Source: Rhodoferax sp. (GTDB lineage: Bacteria; Pseudomonadota; Gammaproteobacteria; Burkholderiales; Burkholderiaceae_C). From it: a stretch of DNA of 64,000 bases. Below are positions 51,773 to 61,477 of the stretch, one piece after another (the first letter of the stretch is position 1; the number at the start of each line of letters is the position of its first letter). The DNA is taken from the NCBI RefSeq assembly GCF_023701345.1, contig NZ_JAMPXE010000002.1, positions 14,109 to 78,108 on the forward strand. The letters are read 5' to 3'. The translations under genes and the position numbers were made by a program. The notes beneath the pieces are model-generated. The model saw only the letters and a list, made by a program, of their open reading frames with translations, searched no databases and was not told where the DNA came from.

Positions 51773-52867
51773 TCAGGCCTGGGCGGCAATAGGCGCCAGC
51801 ACAGGCTGCACATCGCCACACTGGGCGCGCTGGCGCAACGCGTGCTCCATCACCACCAGCGCCAGCATGGCTTCCAGGATGGGCGTGGCGCGAATGCCCA
51901 CGCAAGGGTCGTGGCGGCCTTTGGTGACCACTTCGGTGGGCTGGCCCGCCATGTCGATCGAGGTGCGCGGCGTCAGGATCGAGCTGGTCGGCTTGACCGC
52001 CACCGACACTTCCAGGTCCTGCCCTGAGGTGATGCCACCCAGCGTGCCGCCCGCGTTGTTGCCCATGAAGCCCTGAGGGGTCAGCGCGTCGCCATGCCTG
52101 CTGCCACGCTGTGCCACGCAGGCAAAACCGGCGCCAATTTCCACGCCCTTGACAGCATTGACGCCCATCATGGCGTAGGCAATGTCAGCGTCCATTTTGT
52201 CGAACAGCGGCTCACCCAGGCCCACCGGCACATTCGATGCCGACACGCGCAAGCGCGCACCACAGGAGTCGCCGCCCTTGCGCAGCTCGCTCAAGTAGCT
52301 TTCCAGCGCAGACACATCGGCCACCGGCGCAAAAAACGGGTTGTTCGGCACATGCTGCCACGACTCGAAGGCAATCGGCAGTTCGCCAATTTGAGTCATG
52401 CAGCCGCGAAACACCGTGCCATATTTCTCAAACAGCCATTTTTTGGCCACCGCGCCGGCCGCCACCATCGGCGCCGTCAAACGCGCGCTGGAACGGCCAC
52501 CGCCGCGCGGGTCGCGAATGCCGTATTTCTGGAAATAGCTGTAATCAGCATGGCCGGGGCGAAAGGTTTGAACGATGTTGCCGTAGTCCTTGCTGCGCTG
52601 GTCGGTGTTTTTGATCAACAGGCAAATCGGCGTGCCGGTGGTTTTGCCATCAAACACGCCCGACAAAATTTCTACCGCATCGGGCTCGTTGCGCTGGGTG
52701 ACAAACTTGCTGGTGCCTGGCCGACGCCGGTCCAGATCGGGCTGAATGTCAGCCTCGGACAGCGACAGCCCGGGCGGGCAGCCGTCGATCACGCAGCCAA
52801 TGGCCGGGCCGTGGGATTCACCAAAGTTGGTGACTGCGAATAAATTTCCAAAGGTATTGCCGCTCAT
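51773..52867 (-). CDS. aroC: Chorismate synthase
   Basis: FGESHG, RPGHAD, GGRSSAR, KPTSSI, GRHDPCV. Confidence 0.96.
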   Translation of the reverse strand: MSGNTFGNLFAVTNFGESHGPAIGCVIDGCPPGLSLSEADIQPDLDRRRPGTSKFVTQRNEPDAVEILSGVFDGKTTGTPICLLIKNTDQRSKDYGNIVQTFRPGHADYSYFQKYGIRDPRGGGRSSARLTAPMVAAGAVAKKWLFEKYGTVFRGCMTQIGELPIAFESWQHVPNNPFFAPVADVSALESYLSELRKGGDSCGARLRVSASNVPVGLGEPLFDKMDADIAYAMMGVNAVKGVEIGAGFACVAQRGSRHGDALTPQGFMGNNAGGTLGGITSGQDLEVSVAVKPTSSILTPRTSIDMAGQPTEVVTKGRHDPCVGIRATPILEAMLALVVMEHALRQRAQCGDVQPVLAPIAAQA

Positions 52868-52916
52868 GGGGCGCGATTATCCCAGAGCGGGCCGCCCTGT
52901 GGGCGAAGCCTTGAAA

Positions 52917-53381
52917 CTAGAGCTTGGGCGCGTCTGCCGGTTCCTGGCCTTCGGGCCAGTCATGGATGTAGGCCTTGAGCATCTTGTTCTCAAAGTTCTG
53001 ACTGTCCACCACGGCGCGGGCCACGTCGTGAAAGCTGATCACGCCCATCAGCACTTTTTTGTTCATGACCGGCATGTAGCGCGCATGGCGCTCCAGCATC
53101 ATGCGCCGCACTTCGTCCATGTCGGTCTCGGTAGTGCAGGTCAGCGGCGAATCGTCCATGGCAGTGCGCACAACGGTGCTACTGATGCTGCCACCGGTTT
53201 TGACCAGGACCTTGGTGAGCTCGCGAACCGTGAGCATGCCCACCAGTTCGCCGTGCTCCATGACCACCAGTGAACCTATATCACGGTCATCCATCAACTT
53301 GAGTGCGTTTATCAGAAGCTCGTCGGGTGAGACTGTAAACAGCGTGCCGCCTTTGATGCGCAAAATATCACTGACTTTCAT
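52917..53381 (-). CDS. CBS-domain pair protein
   Basis: IGSLVVM..GELVGMLT and MPV..KKVLMGVIS..D. Confidence 0.85.
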   Translation of the reverse strand: MKVSDILRIKGGTLFTVSPDELLINALKLMDDRDIGSLVVMEHGELVGMLTVRELTKVLVKTGGSISSTVVRTAMDDSPLTCTTETDMDEVRRMMLERHARYMPVMNKKVLMGVISFHDVARAVVDSQNFENKMLKAYIHDWPEGQEPADAPKL

Positions 53382-53536
53382 AGTGCTCCTCGTGTTGAAT
53401 CAGTCAAAGATGACCGAATAAGTAATCCGAAATATAGCCCACAATCAGCTCGTCTTGATCAGTGATTTCCATCAGCTTGCTGCTAATTGTTTAAAAATAT
53501 TGATCTCACGCACCTTATTCAACCCGAAAGTCCCCC

Positions 53537-54835
53537 ATGCCCGGCTACTCCGACCCCGGTTTTGACACCCTTGCCTTGCACGCGGGCGCCGCGCCCGACC
53601 CCGCCACAGGTGCCCGTGCACTTCCCATCTACCTGACCACCTCGTTCGTTTTCGAGTCCAGCGACCACGCCCAGTCGCTGTTCAACCTGGAACGCGCCGG
53701 CCATGTGTACAGCCGCATCAGCAATCCGACCAACGCGGTGCTGGAGCAGCGCATCGCGGCGCTGGAAGGTGGCATTGGCGCGATTGCGGTGGCCAGCGGC
53801 CAGGCCGCGCTGCACCTGAGCATTGCCACGCTGATGGGCGCCGGCAGCCACATCGTGGCCAGCACCGCGCTCTATGGTGGCAGCCAGAACCTGTTGCACT
53901 ACACGCTGCGCCGCTTTGGCATCGACACCACGTTTGTCAAGCCCGGCGACATCGACGGCTGGCGCGCGGCAGTGCGGCCCAACACCCGGCTTTTTTTTGG
54001 TGAAACTGTCGGCAACCCTGGGCTCGACGTGCTGGACATTCCGACCATAAGCGACATCGCCCACGAGGCCGGCGTGCCGCTGCTGGTGGACTCGACCCTG
54101 ACCACGCCCTGGCTGATGAAGCCGTTCGAGCATGGTGCCGACCTGGTCTACCACTCGGCCACCAAGTTCCTGAGCGGCCACGGCACGGTGATCGGCGGGC
54201 TGGTGGTGGATGGCGGCAGTTTTGACTGGGAGGCCGCGGGGCGCTTCCCCGAGCTGTGCCAGCCCTACGACGGTTTTCACAACATGGTGTTCTCCGAAGA
54301 ATCCACCGTCGGCGCGTTTTTGCTGCGGGCCCGCCGTGAAGGCCTGCGCGACTTTGGCGCGGCCTTGAGCCCCCACTCGGCCTGGCTCATTTTGCAGGGC
54401 ATGGAAACGCTGCCGCTGCGCATGGCGCGGCACATGAGCAACACCCAGCGTGTGGTCGAATTCCTGGCCAGCCAGCCCTTTGTGGCGCGGGTCGGCCACC
54501 CCATGCTGGACAGCCACCCCAGCCATGCGCTGGCGCAAAAACTGCTGCCACGCGGCGCGGGATCGGTCTTCAGTTTCGACCTGAAAGGCAGCCGCGCCCA
54601 GGGCAAGGCCTTTGTCGAAAACCTCAAGCTGTTCAGCCACCTGGCCAATGTGGGCGACTGCCGCAGCCTGGTGATCCACCCGGCCAGCACCACCCACTTC
54701 CGCATGGATAACGCAGCCCTGATCGCGGCCGGCATCACCCAGGGAACGATCCGCCTGAGCATCGGACTGGAAGATCCGGATGATCTGATCGACGACCTGA
54801 AACGGGCTTTGAAAGCCGCGGAGAAAGCAGCATGA
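53537..54835 (+). CDS. metY: O-acetylhomoserine aminocarboxypropyltransferase (PLP)
   Basis: YSRISNPT, ASGQAA, VDST, HSATKFLSGH, HLANVGD, IRLSIGLE. Confidence 0.85.
   Translation: MPGYSDPGFDTLALHAGAAPDPATGARALPIYLTTSFVFESSDHAQSLFNLERAGHVYSRISNPTNAVLEQRIAALEGGIGAIAVASGQAALHLSIATLMGAGSHIVASTALYGGSQNLLHYTLRRFGIDTTFVKPGDIDGWRAAVRPNTRLFFGETVGNPGLDVLDIPTISDIAHEAGVPLLVDSTLTTPWLMKPFEHGADLVYHSATKFLSGHGTVIGGLVVDGGSFDWEAAGRFPELCQPYDGFHNMVFSEESTVGAFLLRARREGLRDFGAALSPHSAWLILQGMETLPLRMARHMSNTQRVVEFLASQPFVARVGHPMLDSHPSHALAQKLLPRGAGSVFSFDLKGSRAQGKAFVENLKLFSHLANVGDCRSLVIHPASTTHFRMDNAALIAAGITQGTIRLSIGLEDPDDLIDDLKRALKAAEKAA
53553..53571. repeat. 19-bp direct repeat, copy 1 (metY codons 6-12)
   Basis: ACCCCGGTTTTGACACCCT, identical to 55681-55699. 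Confidence 0.9.
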
Positions 54836-55656
54836 TTTTCACTGTCAACGGCGCACCAACTTATTGCTACACCGGCGGCAAACCCTTCGATGCCGCCCAG
54901 CCCACCGCGATCTTCATCCACGGTGTGCTGGGCGACCACAGCGTCTGGATTTTGCAGACGCGCTACCTGGCGCACCACGGCTGGAACGTGCTGGCGATTG
55001 ATTTGCCCGGCCACTGCCGCAGCGGCGGCGAGCCGCCCGCCACAGTAGAAGAGGCGGCCGACTTTGTACTGGCGTTGATGGCTGCGGCAGGGCTCAAGCA
55101 GGCCGCCTTGGTGGGCCACAGCCTTGGCTCGCTGATTGCACTGGAAGCCGCGGCCCGCGCACCTGAACGCATCAGTCAACTGGTGCTGGTCGGCACCGCG
55201 TTTCCCATGCGCGTCTCCCCGGCCCTGTTACGGGCGTCAGTGACGGAGCCGATGAAGGCACTGGCCATGGTCAACGTATTTTCCCGCGCCACGCTGGCCC
55301 CGCCGCCCTCAGCTTTGGGGCCGGGCACCTGGGTCTATGGCGCGTCGATGGCGCTGGGCCGCCGGGTGCTGGCCAGCAATCAAAAAGTGAACGTGTTTTA
55401 CACCGGCTTCAAGGCCTGCGACAGCTACCAGAACGGCCTGCAAGCCATGGCCCGGGTCACTTGCCCGGTGCTGTTTGTGCTGGGCAAGGTGGACCAGATG
55501 ACGCCGCCCAAGGCAGCGCAGGAACTGATCAAGGGGGCAAGGAATGCCCAGGTGGTTTATTTGCCCGGTGGGCACCAGCAGATGAATGAAACGCCTGAGG
55601 AGATGCTGGCGGCATTGAGCGGTTTTTTGACCATCAACAAAATGGTATTGCGCTGA
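54832..55656 (+). CDS. Alpha/beta-fold hydrolase
   Basis: FIHG, DLPGHC, GHSLG nucleophile elbow, DQMTP, GGH. Overlaps the metY stop. Confidence 0.88.
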   Translation: MIFTVNGAPTYCYTGGKPFDAAQPTAIFIHGVLGDHSVWILQTRYLAHHGWNVLAIDLPGHCRSGGEPPATVEEAADFVLALMAAAGLKQAALVGHSLGSLIALEAAARAPERISQLVLVGTAFPMRVSPALLRASVTEPMKALAMVNVFSRATLAPPPSALGPGTWVYGASMALGRRVLASNQKVNVFYTGFKACDSYQNGLQAMARVTCPVLFVLGKVDQMTPPKAAQELIKGARNAQVVYLPGGHQQMNETPEEMLAALSGFLTINKMVLR

Positions 55657-55680
55657 AGTAACTCGGTGTCGCTTGAAGAC

Positions 55681-55699
55681 ACCCCGGTTTTGACACCCT
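55681..55699. repeat. 19-bp direct repeat, copy 2 (intergenic, at the edge of the nif block)
   Basis: Exact match to 53553-53571. Confidence 0.9.
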
Positions 55700-55719
55700 C
55701 ACTGGCTTGGGACAACTTA

Positions 55720-55818
55720 TTCCGTTTCCAAATCATTTGTGTCTAGGCGCGAAGCCGCAGGCAGTGCTGTAGCACGACAAGGCGAAGCAACAACGACACG
55801 GATGATTTAGAAATGGAA
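55720..55818. repeat. Hairpin / MITE-like intergenic element with 24-nt terminal inverted repeats
   Basis: 55720-55743 versus 55795-55818: 20/24 Watson-Crick pairs plus 3 G-T. Sits 6 bp past the fdxB stop, between convergent operons. Confidence 0.7.
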
Positions 55819-55824
55819 TTACGT

Positions 55825-56136
55825 TCACACAAGGGCTGCAGCGTGGGTATAGCACTTCTTCGGGCAAATCTTGGCGCACGCAGTGCAACCGATGCACAGT
55901 TCCTGGTGCGCAATCGTCATCACTTTCTTTTCGTATTCCTCATCATCGTCGTCATCGTCGATATCGACAGTAATCCGCTCGCCCTCTTCGGTCAAGCCAA
56001 CCAGTTCCAATACACCGCGCGGACAGACCTTGAAACAACGTCCGCAGCCGATGCATTTTTGATCGTCCAATGCCGCGACAAAAGTGGGGGTCCACACCGC
56101 ACCACTGGGCAGGGTGACGTTGAATGTCGCGCTCAT
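55825..56136 (-). CDS. fdxB: Ferredoxin III, nif-specific (2x[4Fe-4S])
   Basis: CIGCGRCFKVCP, acidic insert, CIGCTACAKICP. Confidence 0.92.
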   Translation of the reverse strand: MSATFNVTLPSGAVWTPTFVAALDDQKCIGCGRCFKVCPRGVLELVGLTEEGERITVDIDDDDDDEEYEKKVMTIAHQELCIGCTACAKICPKKCYTHAAALV

Positions 56137-56327
56137 AACGCAGCCGCCGCCTTGCGTGCGTCCATCAGCATGGCATGAGCTTCGTGACAGCGCTGCGCCA
56201 CCTGCAAAATCATTTCCCAGTTGGTTGGCAGTTCTTCCGACAGGTCGTGCAGGTCCATTTTGGCCTGCGTGGCGCGGGCGTTGAGTTTTTTCAGCCGCGC
56301 CTTGAGTTCTTCAGCATCCGTGCTCAT
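56133..56327 (-). CDS. Small nif-associated protein (DUF683 / CCE_0567 type)
   Basis: LKARLKKLNARATQAKMDLHDLSEELP.NW, in its usual place after nifX. Confidence 0.85.
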   Translation of the reverse strand: MSTDAEELKARLKKLNARATQAKMDLHDLSEELPTNWEMILQVAQRCHEAHAMLMDARKAAAAL

Positions 56328-56329
56328 GA

Positions 56330-56821
56330 TCAGGCTCCGTATTGCGCCACAGCGGGATAAGTGCGGATCATGCTGACCGCTTCATCAAAAAACTTGCCCC
56401 CGGCCTGCGCCAGTTTGGCCAGTGACGGGAAGCCAAAGCGATGCACGTCGCGCAACTGCTTGTTGACCACGACCAATCGACCGGCAATCAACACCATGCG
56501 GCCAAAGCCTTCGTGGCTCATTTTCATCATCGGCGACACCATCTGACCGGTTTCGCGCTCAATCGCCACGGCAATCGCGTTGTAGAAAATTTCCAGATGC
56601 CACAAGGTTTCGGGATCCGGATCACCCAGGATCGGCAGGGCACGGCGTTCTTCAGCCGTGTGAATATAGGGCTTGAGCAACTGCAGGTCGCTCTTGTTGT
56701 CCCAGGTGCCGTTGGTGTCCTGCGCGCGCAGTTGCTTGATGAGCTGCTGCACAAACGGTGTCGAGAGATACGCCTCGTCATTGACGGGGGCAAGCGTCTC
56801 AAGGGTTTCAGATTCTGTCAT
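56330..56821 (-). CDS. NifX-associated nitrogen fixation protein (DUF269)
   Basis: [35 protein letters not shown]. Confidence 0.88.
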   Translation of the reverse strand: MTESETLETLAPVNDEAYLSTPFVQQLIKQLRAQDTNGTWDNKSDLQLLKPYIHTAEERRALPILGDPDPETLWHLEIFYNAIAVAIERETGQMVSPMMKMSHEGFGRMVLIAGRLVVVNKQLRDVHRFGFPSLAKLAQAGGKFFDEAVSMIRTYPAVAQYGA

Positions 56822-57228
56822 TGGGTTACCTCATCGTCTTCAAAGTCAAATGTGCGCTCGCCGTCTTTGGCCAGTGCCTTGCGCAGCCAGGGTGGCGGCG
56901 TGCCCTGCAGCACCAGCTGAAGCTTGTCCAGAATTTCGGCAATCGATTCAGGCTGGGACACCTTGATGGGATGGATCTTCATGGCCACGACACGCGCCGC
57001 ACCGGAGCCACCAATGGCGGCCACGTAGACGATGGCGCAGTCCTTGATGGCTTCCAGCTTGGGGGCCAGCTTGTCTTCGTCGCCGTCTTCTTCAAGCGTG
57101 TCGCCAAACTCAAAACTCTCGACAAAGTGATGCCCCTCGGGCGACACGTCATACACAACAATGCTTTTGGCCCAGCCAAAATGCGCGTCAACGCGCGCTT
57201 TGTCCTGGGTGGCGAAGGCAATTTTCAT
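56818..57228 (-). CDS. nifX: FeMo-cofactor biosynthesis protein NifX
   Basis: [29 protein letters not shown]. Confidence 0.92.
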   Translation of the reverse strand: MKIAFATQDKARVDAHFGWAKSIVVYDVSPEGHHFVESFEFGDTLEEDGDEDKLAPKLEAIKDCAIVYVAAIGGSGAARVVAMKIHPIKVSQPESIAEILDKLQLVLQGTPPPWLRKALAKDGERTFDFEDDEVTQ

Positions 57229-57264
57229 AAGGCACTCCTGGTTTTGGGTTGAGGTTTCAAGGGG

Positions 57265-58683
57265 TCAGGCACTGGCAGCCGCCACGGTTTCCTGATAACG
57301 CGCTGAGTCCTGCAGCTTGTCCGGTCTCGCTCGCACCACTGCCGCTGCTGCGCGCAAGGCCTCGGGCGTGAGCGGCCAGTCGGTAGCGTGGTGATGACCG
57401 ATCTGTTCAATCATCAGGTTGGCAATGTCAAAAATCAGGGCCATCGTGCCGCGGTAACCCACCTGGCAACGGTGTGCGTTGCCAATGCGGTCAAACACCG
57501 GAAAACCAATGCGCAACAGGGGCTTGCCCAACCGCTCTGCCGCCTGGCGACCATGTGAATGGGTGACCAGCAAGTCGCAATCTACGGCACCTTTTTCCAG
57601 GTCTTCCAGGTCACCCAGAATCACTGTCTCAGCCGGCAGCAATGCGTGCGAAGCCGACTTGGTGGTGCTAACGCAGCAGCGCAATTCGGCCCCCATTTCA
57701 TGCAGCAGGCTGCCCACCGCCAGCAGCAAGTCGGGTTCGGCCGCAATCGCCACCTTGATGCCACCAGTGTAAAAATGGCCGTCCAGCATGGCATCAAGCA
57801 ACTGGCTGCGCTGGCTGCGGTATTTGGCGGGCACCGGCCGCCCGGAAACCTGTGCCAGACGTTGCAGAAATCGGTCGTTGACTTCCAGCCCGGTCAACCG
57901 GTCAAAAATTTCCAGCGGTGTCCCGGCAATGCCTTGCAACGCTTCGGCCGGCTCACGGGTTTGTTCACCCACGCCGATGGTCAGCGCAGAAGCCCCGGCG
58001 GCCCGAATCTGTTCCAACGTGGTGCCACCCAAGGTGGTGCCACGCCAATCGGGGGCAATGTGACCGTCGAGCGAGCCTGAAATGTCTGGCAGGACGATGA
58101 CCGAGAGGCCAAAAGCTTCAATGATGTCGCGCAGTTCGTCAATGTCGGCCGGCGCCAGATGGCTGCCGGGCAACAAGGTCACTTGCTGGGTGTTGACCGG
58201 CAGCGGTTTAACCAGTGTCTTGACGATGGCGGTTACCGCATGGCTGTAGCCATCTTCAAACCCACCCACGTAATCGGGGGTAGATACATAGATGATCTCG
58301 GTGTCATCCAGCTCGGGCTTGCGTTTGCGCACGGTCACGATGTAGCCGTCCACATCATCCCCTTTTGTTTCCGTCAGGCCGGTGGAGCAGATGGCAATCA
58401 CTTTGGGTGCGGCGCGTTTGCGGATGTTCAGCAGAGCCGCTTCGATGTTGTCGTAGCCCCCCAGGATGGAGGTCACCTCGTTCATGGCTGTAGTCTGCAG
58501 CGGAATGGCTTCCTTGAAATGCCGCACCAGCAGCACCAGACCGAACGAGGTGCAACCTTGTGAGCCGTGCATCACCGGCATACAGGCGTCCAGCCCCAGA
58601 AAGGCAAAACTGGCACCCAGCGGCTGGCTCATCTTGAGCGGGTTCACCGCGCAGGCTTTTTTGGATTCAACAACGCTGGCCAT
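57265..58683 (-). CDS. nifN: Nitrogenase FeMo-co scaffold beta subunit
   Basis: NPLKMSQPLGA, HGSQGC, RHFKE.IPLQTT, GFPVFDRIG. Confidence 0.95.
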   Translation of the reverse strand: MASVVESKKACAVNPLKMSQPLGASFAFLGLDACMPVMHGSQGCTSFGLVLLVRHFKEAIPLQTTAMNEVTSILGGYDNIEAALLNIRKRAAPKVIAICSTGLTETKGDDVDGYIVTVRKRKPELDDTEIIYVSTPDYVGGFEDGYSHAVTAIVKTLVKPLPVNTQQVTLLPGSHLAPADIDELRDIIEAFGLSVIVLPDISGSLDGHIAPDWRGTTLGGTTLEQIRAAGASALTIGVGEQTREPAEALQGIAGTPLEIFDRLTGLEVNDRFLQRLAQVSGRPVPAKYRSQRSQLLDAMLDGHFYTGGIKVAIAAEPDLLLAVGSLLHEMGAELRCCVSTTKSASHALLPAETVILGDLEDLEKGAVDCDLLVTHSHGRQAAERLGKPLLRIGFPVFDRIGNAHRCQVGYRGTMALIFDIANLMIEQIGHHHATDWPLTPEALRAAAAVVRARPDKLQDSARYQETVAAASA

Positions 58684-58715
58684 GTTGGATTACTCGGGTT
58701 AGGGGTTGTGTGGGG

Positions 58716-60206
58716 TCAACTCGGCACTTCTTCGGGGGCCAGGCCCATGGACTTGGCGGCCACTTCGGTCAGGTAAGCCATGGGCTGCGCGCTGGGCAAC
58801 ACGGCACCCAGGGTTTCGCCGTCATCACCCCAGGGGGCCGGGATCCGCACCTGCTGCCAGACCGGGTTGTGGATGGCGCGGTCTATCTCGCGCACCAGTT
58901 CCACCATGCCTTCATAGCCGCCATAAGGGTGATAACGCTCCTGGTTGATGTCCAGCCAGGGCATACGCGCTTTCAGCGCGACAAACTGCGAACGCCCGCC
59001 GGAGAGCATGATGTCAGCCCGCGCCTCACGCAGCATGTTGTACATCTCGCGCGGGGTCATGTCGTCGATCATGTGGGCGTCGTCACCCATGATCTCCTTG
59101 ATCTTTTCCTTGTCTTCCTTGGTGGACTTTTTCACGCTGGTGCCCACAATCTCCATGCCACCTTCCTGCAGCGCTGCCACCACCGACCAGGATTTGACAC
59201 CGCCGGTGATCAGCAGCACCCGCTTGCCCTGCAGCCGCTGCTTGTATTCGGCAATGCGCTGCCAGGCGCGTGCCTCTTCGACTTCGATCAGGCGCTCGGT
59301 ACGGTCCAGCAAATCATCAGGGGCACCCTGCTGCACCAGCAGTTTGGCGATCTGGCGCAAGGTGTCGCTCATGTCGCCAATGCCGTAGAACGAACCTTCA
59401 AAATACGGAATGCCCCAGCGCTGCTCCATCTTGGTGGCAATGTTGATCATCGACTTGGAGCACACCATCATGTTCACCTTGGCCCGGTGCGCGCTGGCCA
59501 CCTCCTTGTAACGTCCGTCGCCCGAGATACACGACAGGATCCGGATGCCCAGCGCATCCAGCAGCGGCTTGACCTGCCACAACTCGCCCACCAGGTTGTA
59601 TTCACCAATGATGTTGATGTCATAGGGCGTGGTGAATTCGGGTTCTACCGTGCCGATCACGTAGTCCAGCAAAGCCTCGGCACCCAGTTTGTTGCCCAGG
59701 TTCTTGGGGCCGGCAAAACCGGGGGCGTTAACCGGAATGATGGGTTTGCCAAATTTCTCGGTGGCGCGCTGGCACACGGCCTCGATGTCGTCGCCCACCA
59801 GGGCAGTCACGCAGGTCTGGTAGACAAACACAGCCGGTGGATCGTACTTCTCAATGATCTCGCGAATCGACTTGAACAGGCGTTTTTCACCGCCGTAGAT
59901 CACGTCCAGCTCGTTGATGTCGGTGGTGAACCCGGTGCGATAGATTTGCGGGCCGGACGAGCCACTGTGCCGGTTGTCCCAGGAGTTGCCCTCGCAGGCA
60001 ATCGGCCCGTGCACCAGGTGCGCCACGTCGGCAATGGGTTGCAGCGCAATCTTGGCGCCGTCAAAAGCGCAACCACCGGCGGCCGCGCCGGGCGAGAGCT
60101 GCTTGGTGCAGCCCTTCTTGCGTTCCTTCTCGCTCTTGCCCTGATTCTTGTCGCAACCAGGCTCTTCGAACACTTCGGCAATTTTGGCCTTGAGCGCAAC
60201 TGACAT
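58716..60206 (-). CDS. nifE: Nitrogenase FeMo-co scaffold alpha subunit
   Basis: GGCAFDGA, HGPIAC, YQTCV, TGGVKSWS, INQER. Confidence 0.95.
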   Translation of the reverse strand: MSVALKAKIAEVFEEPGCDKNQGKSEKERKKGCTKQLSPGAAAGGCAFDGAKIALQPIADVAHLVHGPIACEGNSWDNRHSGSSGPQIYRTGFTTDINELDVIYGGEKRLFKSIREIIEKYDPPAVFVYQTCVTALVGDDIEAVCQRATEKFGKPIIPVNAPGFAGPKNLGNKLGAEALLDYVIGTVEPEFTTPYDINIIGEYNLVGELWQVKPLLDALGIRILSCISGDGRYKEVASAHRAKVNMMVCSKSMINIATKMEQRWGIPYFEGSFYGIGDMSDTLRQIAKLLVQQGAPDDLLDRTERLIEVEEARAWQRIAEYKQRLQGKRVLLITGGVKSWSVVAALQEGGMEIVGTSVKKSTKEDKEKIKEIMGDDAHMIDDMTPREMYNMLREARADIMLSGGRSQFVALKARMPWLDINQERYHPYGGYEGMVELVREIDRAIHNPVWQQVRIPAPWGDDGETLGAVLPSAQPMAYLTEVAAKSMGLAPEEVPS

Positions 60207-60240
60207 GGAAGACTCCTGATGGGGTGGGTAGTCTTCTCAT

Positions 60241-60257
60241 TGCATTTTTGGTGCCAG
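60241..60257 (-). promoter_or_regulatory. Sigma54 (-24/-12) promoter of nifENX
   Basis: The minus strand reads CTGGCACCAAAAATGCA: GG-N10-GC with TGGCAC, 35 bp upstream of the nifE ATG. Confidence 0.85.
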
Positions 60258-60326
60258 GATAAAACCCGACTTTTTCAGTGATTACGACGGGATATCGCTA
60301 CCGGCGACGCCGCGCTTTAGCCGGTT

Positions 60327-60342
60327 TGTAGGGATTACGACA
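60327..60342. promoter_or_regulatory. NifA upstream activator sequence
   Basis: TGT-AGGGATTACG-ACA (TGT-N10-ACA) inside the extended palindrome CCGGTTTGT...ACAAACGG, about 70-85 bp upstream of the -24 box. Confidence 0.8.
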
Positions 60343-60464
60343 AACGGTTTGCGACAGAACGGCGGCTGGTTTGCTGGCTTCACGATCCAGTGGATCAATC
60401 ATCCAGGTTGGAGTATCAACATTCACCCGTTTCTGCGCCTGCAACACACGCTTTGCCTTGGTAC

Positions 60465-60866
60465 TCATAGGTGGCGAAAGAATGCCGGTGCGCTTTGCCA
60501 TTTGTCATGCAGCCCGTCAACATAGGTGATGGGGACTTTTGAAAGCTCCTCGTCTGTAACATCGGAGAGACACCCAAGATTGACGCCATACATTTTGCCG
60601 ATGGGCGTTTCATTGCCGATGCCAAAGCAGCGAACGCCGCAGCGCTTGCAGAAATAGTGATGATTTTTCTTTGTGTTGAACAAATACTGCGTCAGCTCGG
60701 ATTCGCCAGTAAGTAAACGGAAGTTTTCAGGCCTGGCTACAGTCGGCCAGAAGCGAGTGCGCCGACATATGGAGCAGTTGCAACGGAATGAGCTTTGGGT
60801 GAGGTCAAGGTCGGCCTCGAAAGTTACAGCACCGCAATGACAACTGCCTTGATATGTTTTTAGCAT
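60465..60866 (-). CDS. GFA / CENP-V family zinc-binding protein
   Basis: GSCHCG, CNCSIC, FCKRCG. Confidence 0.88.
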   Translation of the reverse strand: MLKTYQGSCHCGAVTFEADLDLTQSSFRCNCSICRRTRFWPTVARPENFRLLTGESELTQYLFNTKKNHHYFCKRCGVRCFGIGNETPIGKMYGVNLGCLSDVTDEELSKVPITYVDGLHDKWQSAPAFFRHL

Positions 60867-60914
60867 GATGCATTCTCCTCAATACCTGAGAGCGGGCTTT
60901 TTCAAGCCCAACGA

Positions 60915-61238
60915 TTAGCGCTTATCCTCTAGCCATGCAGGAATGTCACGTTGCCCACGCAAAACGCGCCAGACATCAATGCTATCTTCACACTCGATGA
61001 AGAACACCAGATACGGGTAGCGGTTGAGTGACCGGGAGCGTAGGCCGGGAATGTTCAGCGCGTGGGCGTAGCGTGGTGAGCCGGTGGCGGGATGGCGCGC
61101 GATATGGGCGTAGGCCTGCTCAAGGGCATCGACAAACCCCAAGGCTGCTCGCTCGGCGCTTTCGCTCAGATAGTGATCAATCGCGTCGTCCACGTCCCGG
61201 TTGGCCTCACTGCGCGGGCCAATGGACTTGGCCTTCAT
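60915..61238 (-). CDS. ParE/RelE-family type II toxin
   Basis: A.RDVDDAIDHY, RHPATGSPRYA, PGLRS, YPYLVF, DVWRVL..QRDIP. Confidence 0.88.
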   Translation of the reverse strand: MKAKSIGPRSEANRDVDDAIDHYLSESAERAALGFVDALEQAYAHIARHPATGSPRYAHALNIPGLRSRSLNRYPYLVFFIECEDSIDVWRVLRGQRDIPAWLEDKR

Positions 61239-61474
61239 CCCGGAGCGCGATTTTGCACACGCTCACGCAATGTCGAAAAGTAACTGGCATCGACGGGCGC
61301 CGCAGGCGTTGATGCTGCGCCCTTGAGCAGCAGGCCACGCAGGTGCAAAAGATCCGCGTCTTTGCGAATCAATTCGCGCACGTACTCGCTGCTGGTGCCG
61401 TAACCGCGTTGTGCGACCTGTTCGTCCACAAAGGATTTGAGCGAATCAGGCAGGGAGATGTTCATTGTGCTCAT
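61235..61474 (-). CDS. Ribbon-helix-helix ParD-type antitoxin
   Basis: MSTMNISLPDSLKSFVDEQV..RGYGTSSEYVRELIR. 4-nt overlap with the toxin. Confidence 0.9.
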   Translation of the reverse strand: MSTMNISLPDSLKSFVDEQVAQRGYGTSSEYVRELIRKDADLLHLRGLLLKGAASTPAAPVDASYFSTLRERVQNRAPG

Positions 61475-61477
61475 GGC

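Noticed and set aside
53382-53536. SAM or other riboswitch upstream of metY
   Set aside because: No recognisable SAM-I/II/SAH consensus and no terminator in this AT-rich spacer.
55944-55970. TCA/TCG trinucleotide run in fdxB
   Set aside because: It encodes the acidic loop (DDDDDDEE) typical of nif ferredoxin III and is not a contingency repeat.
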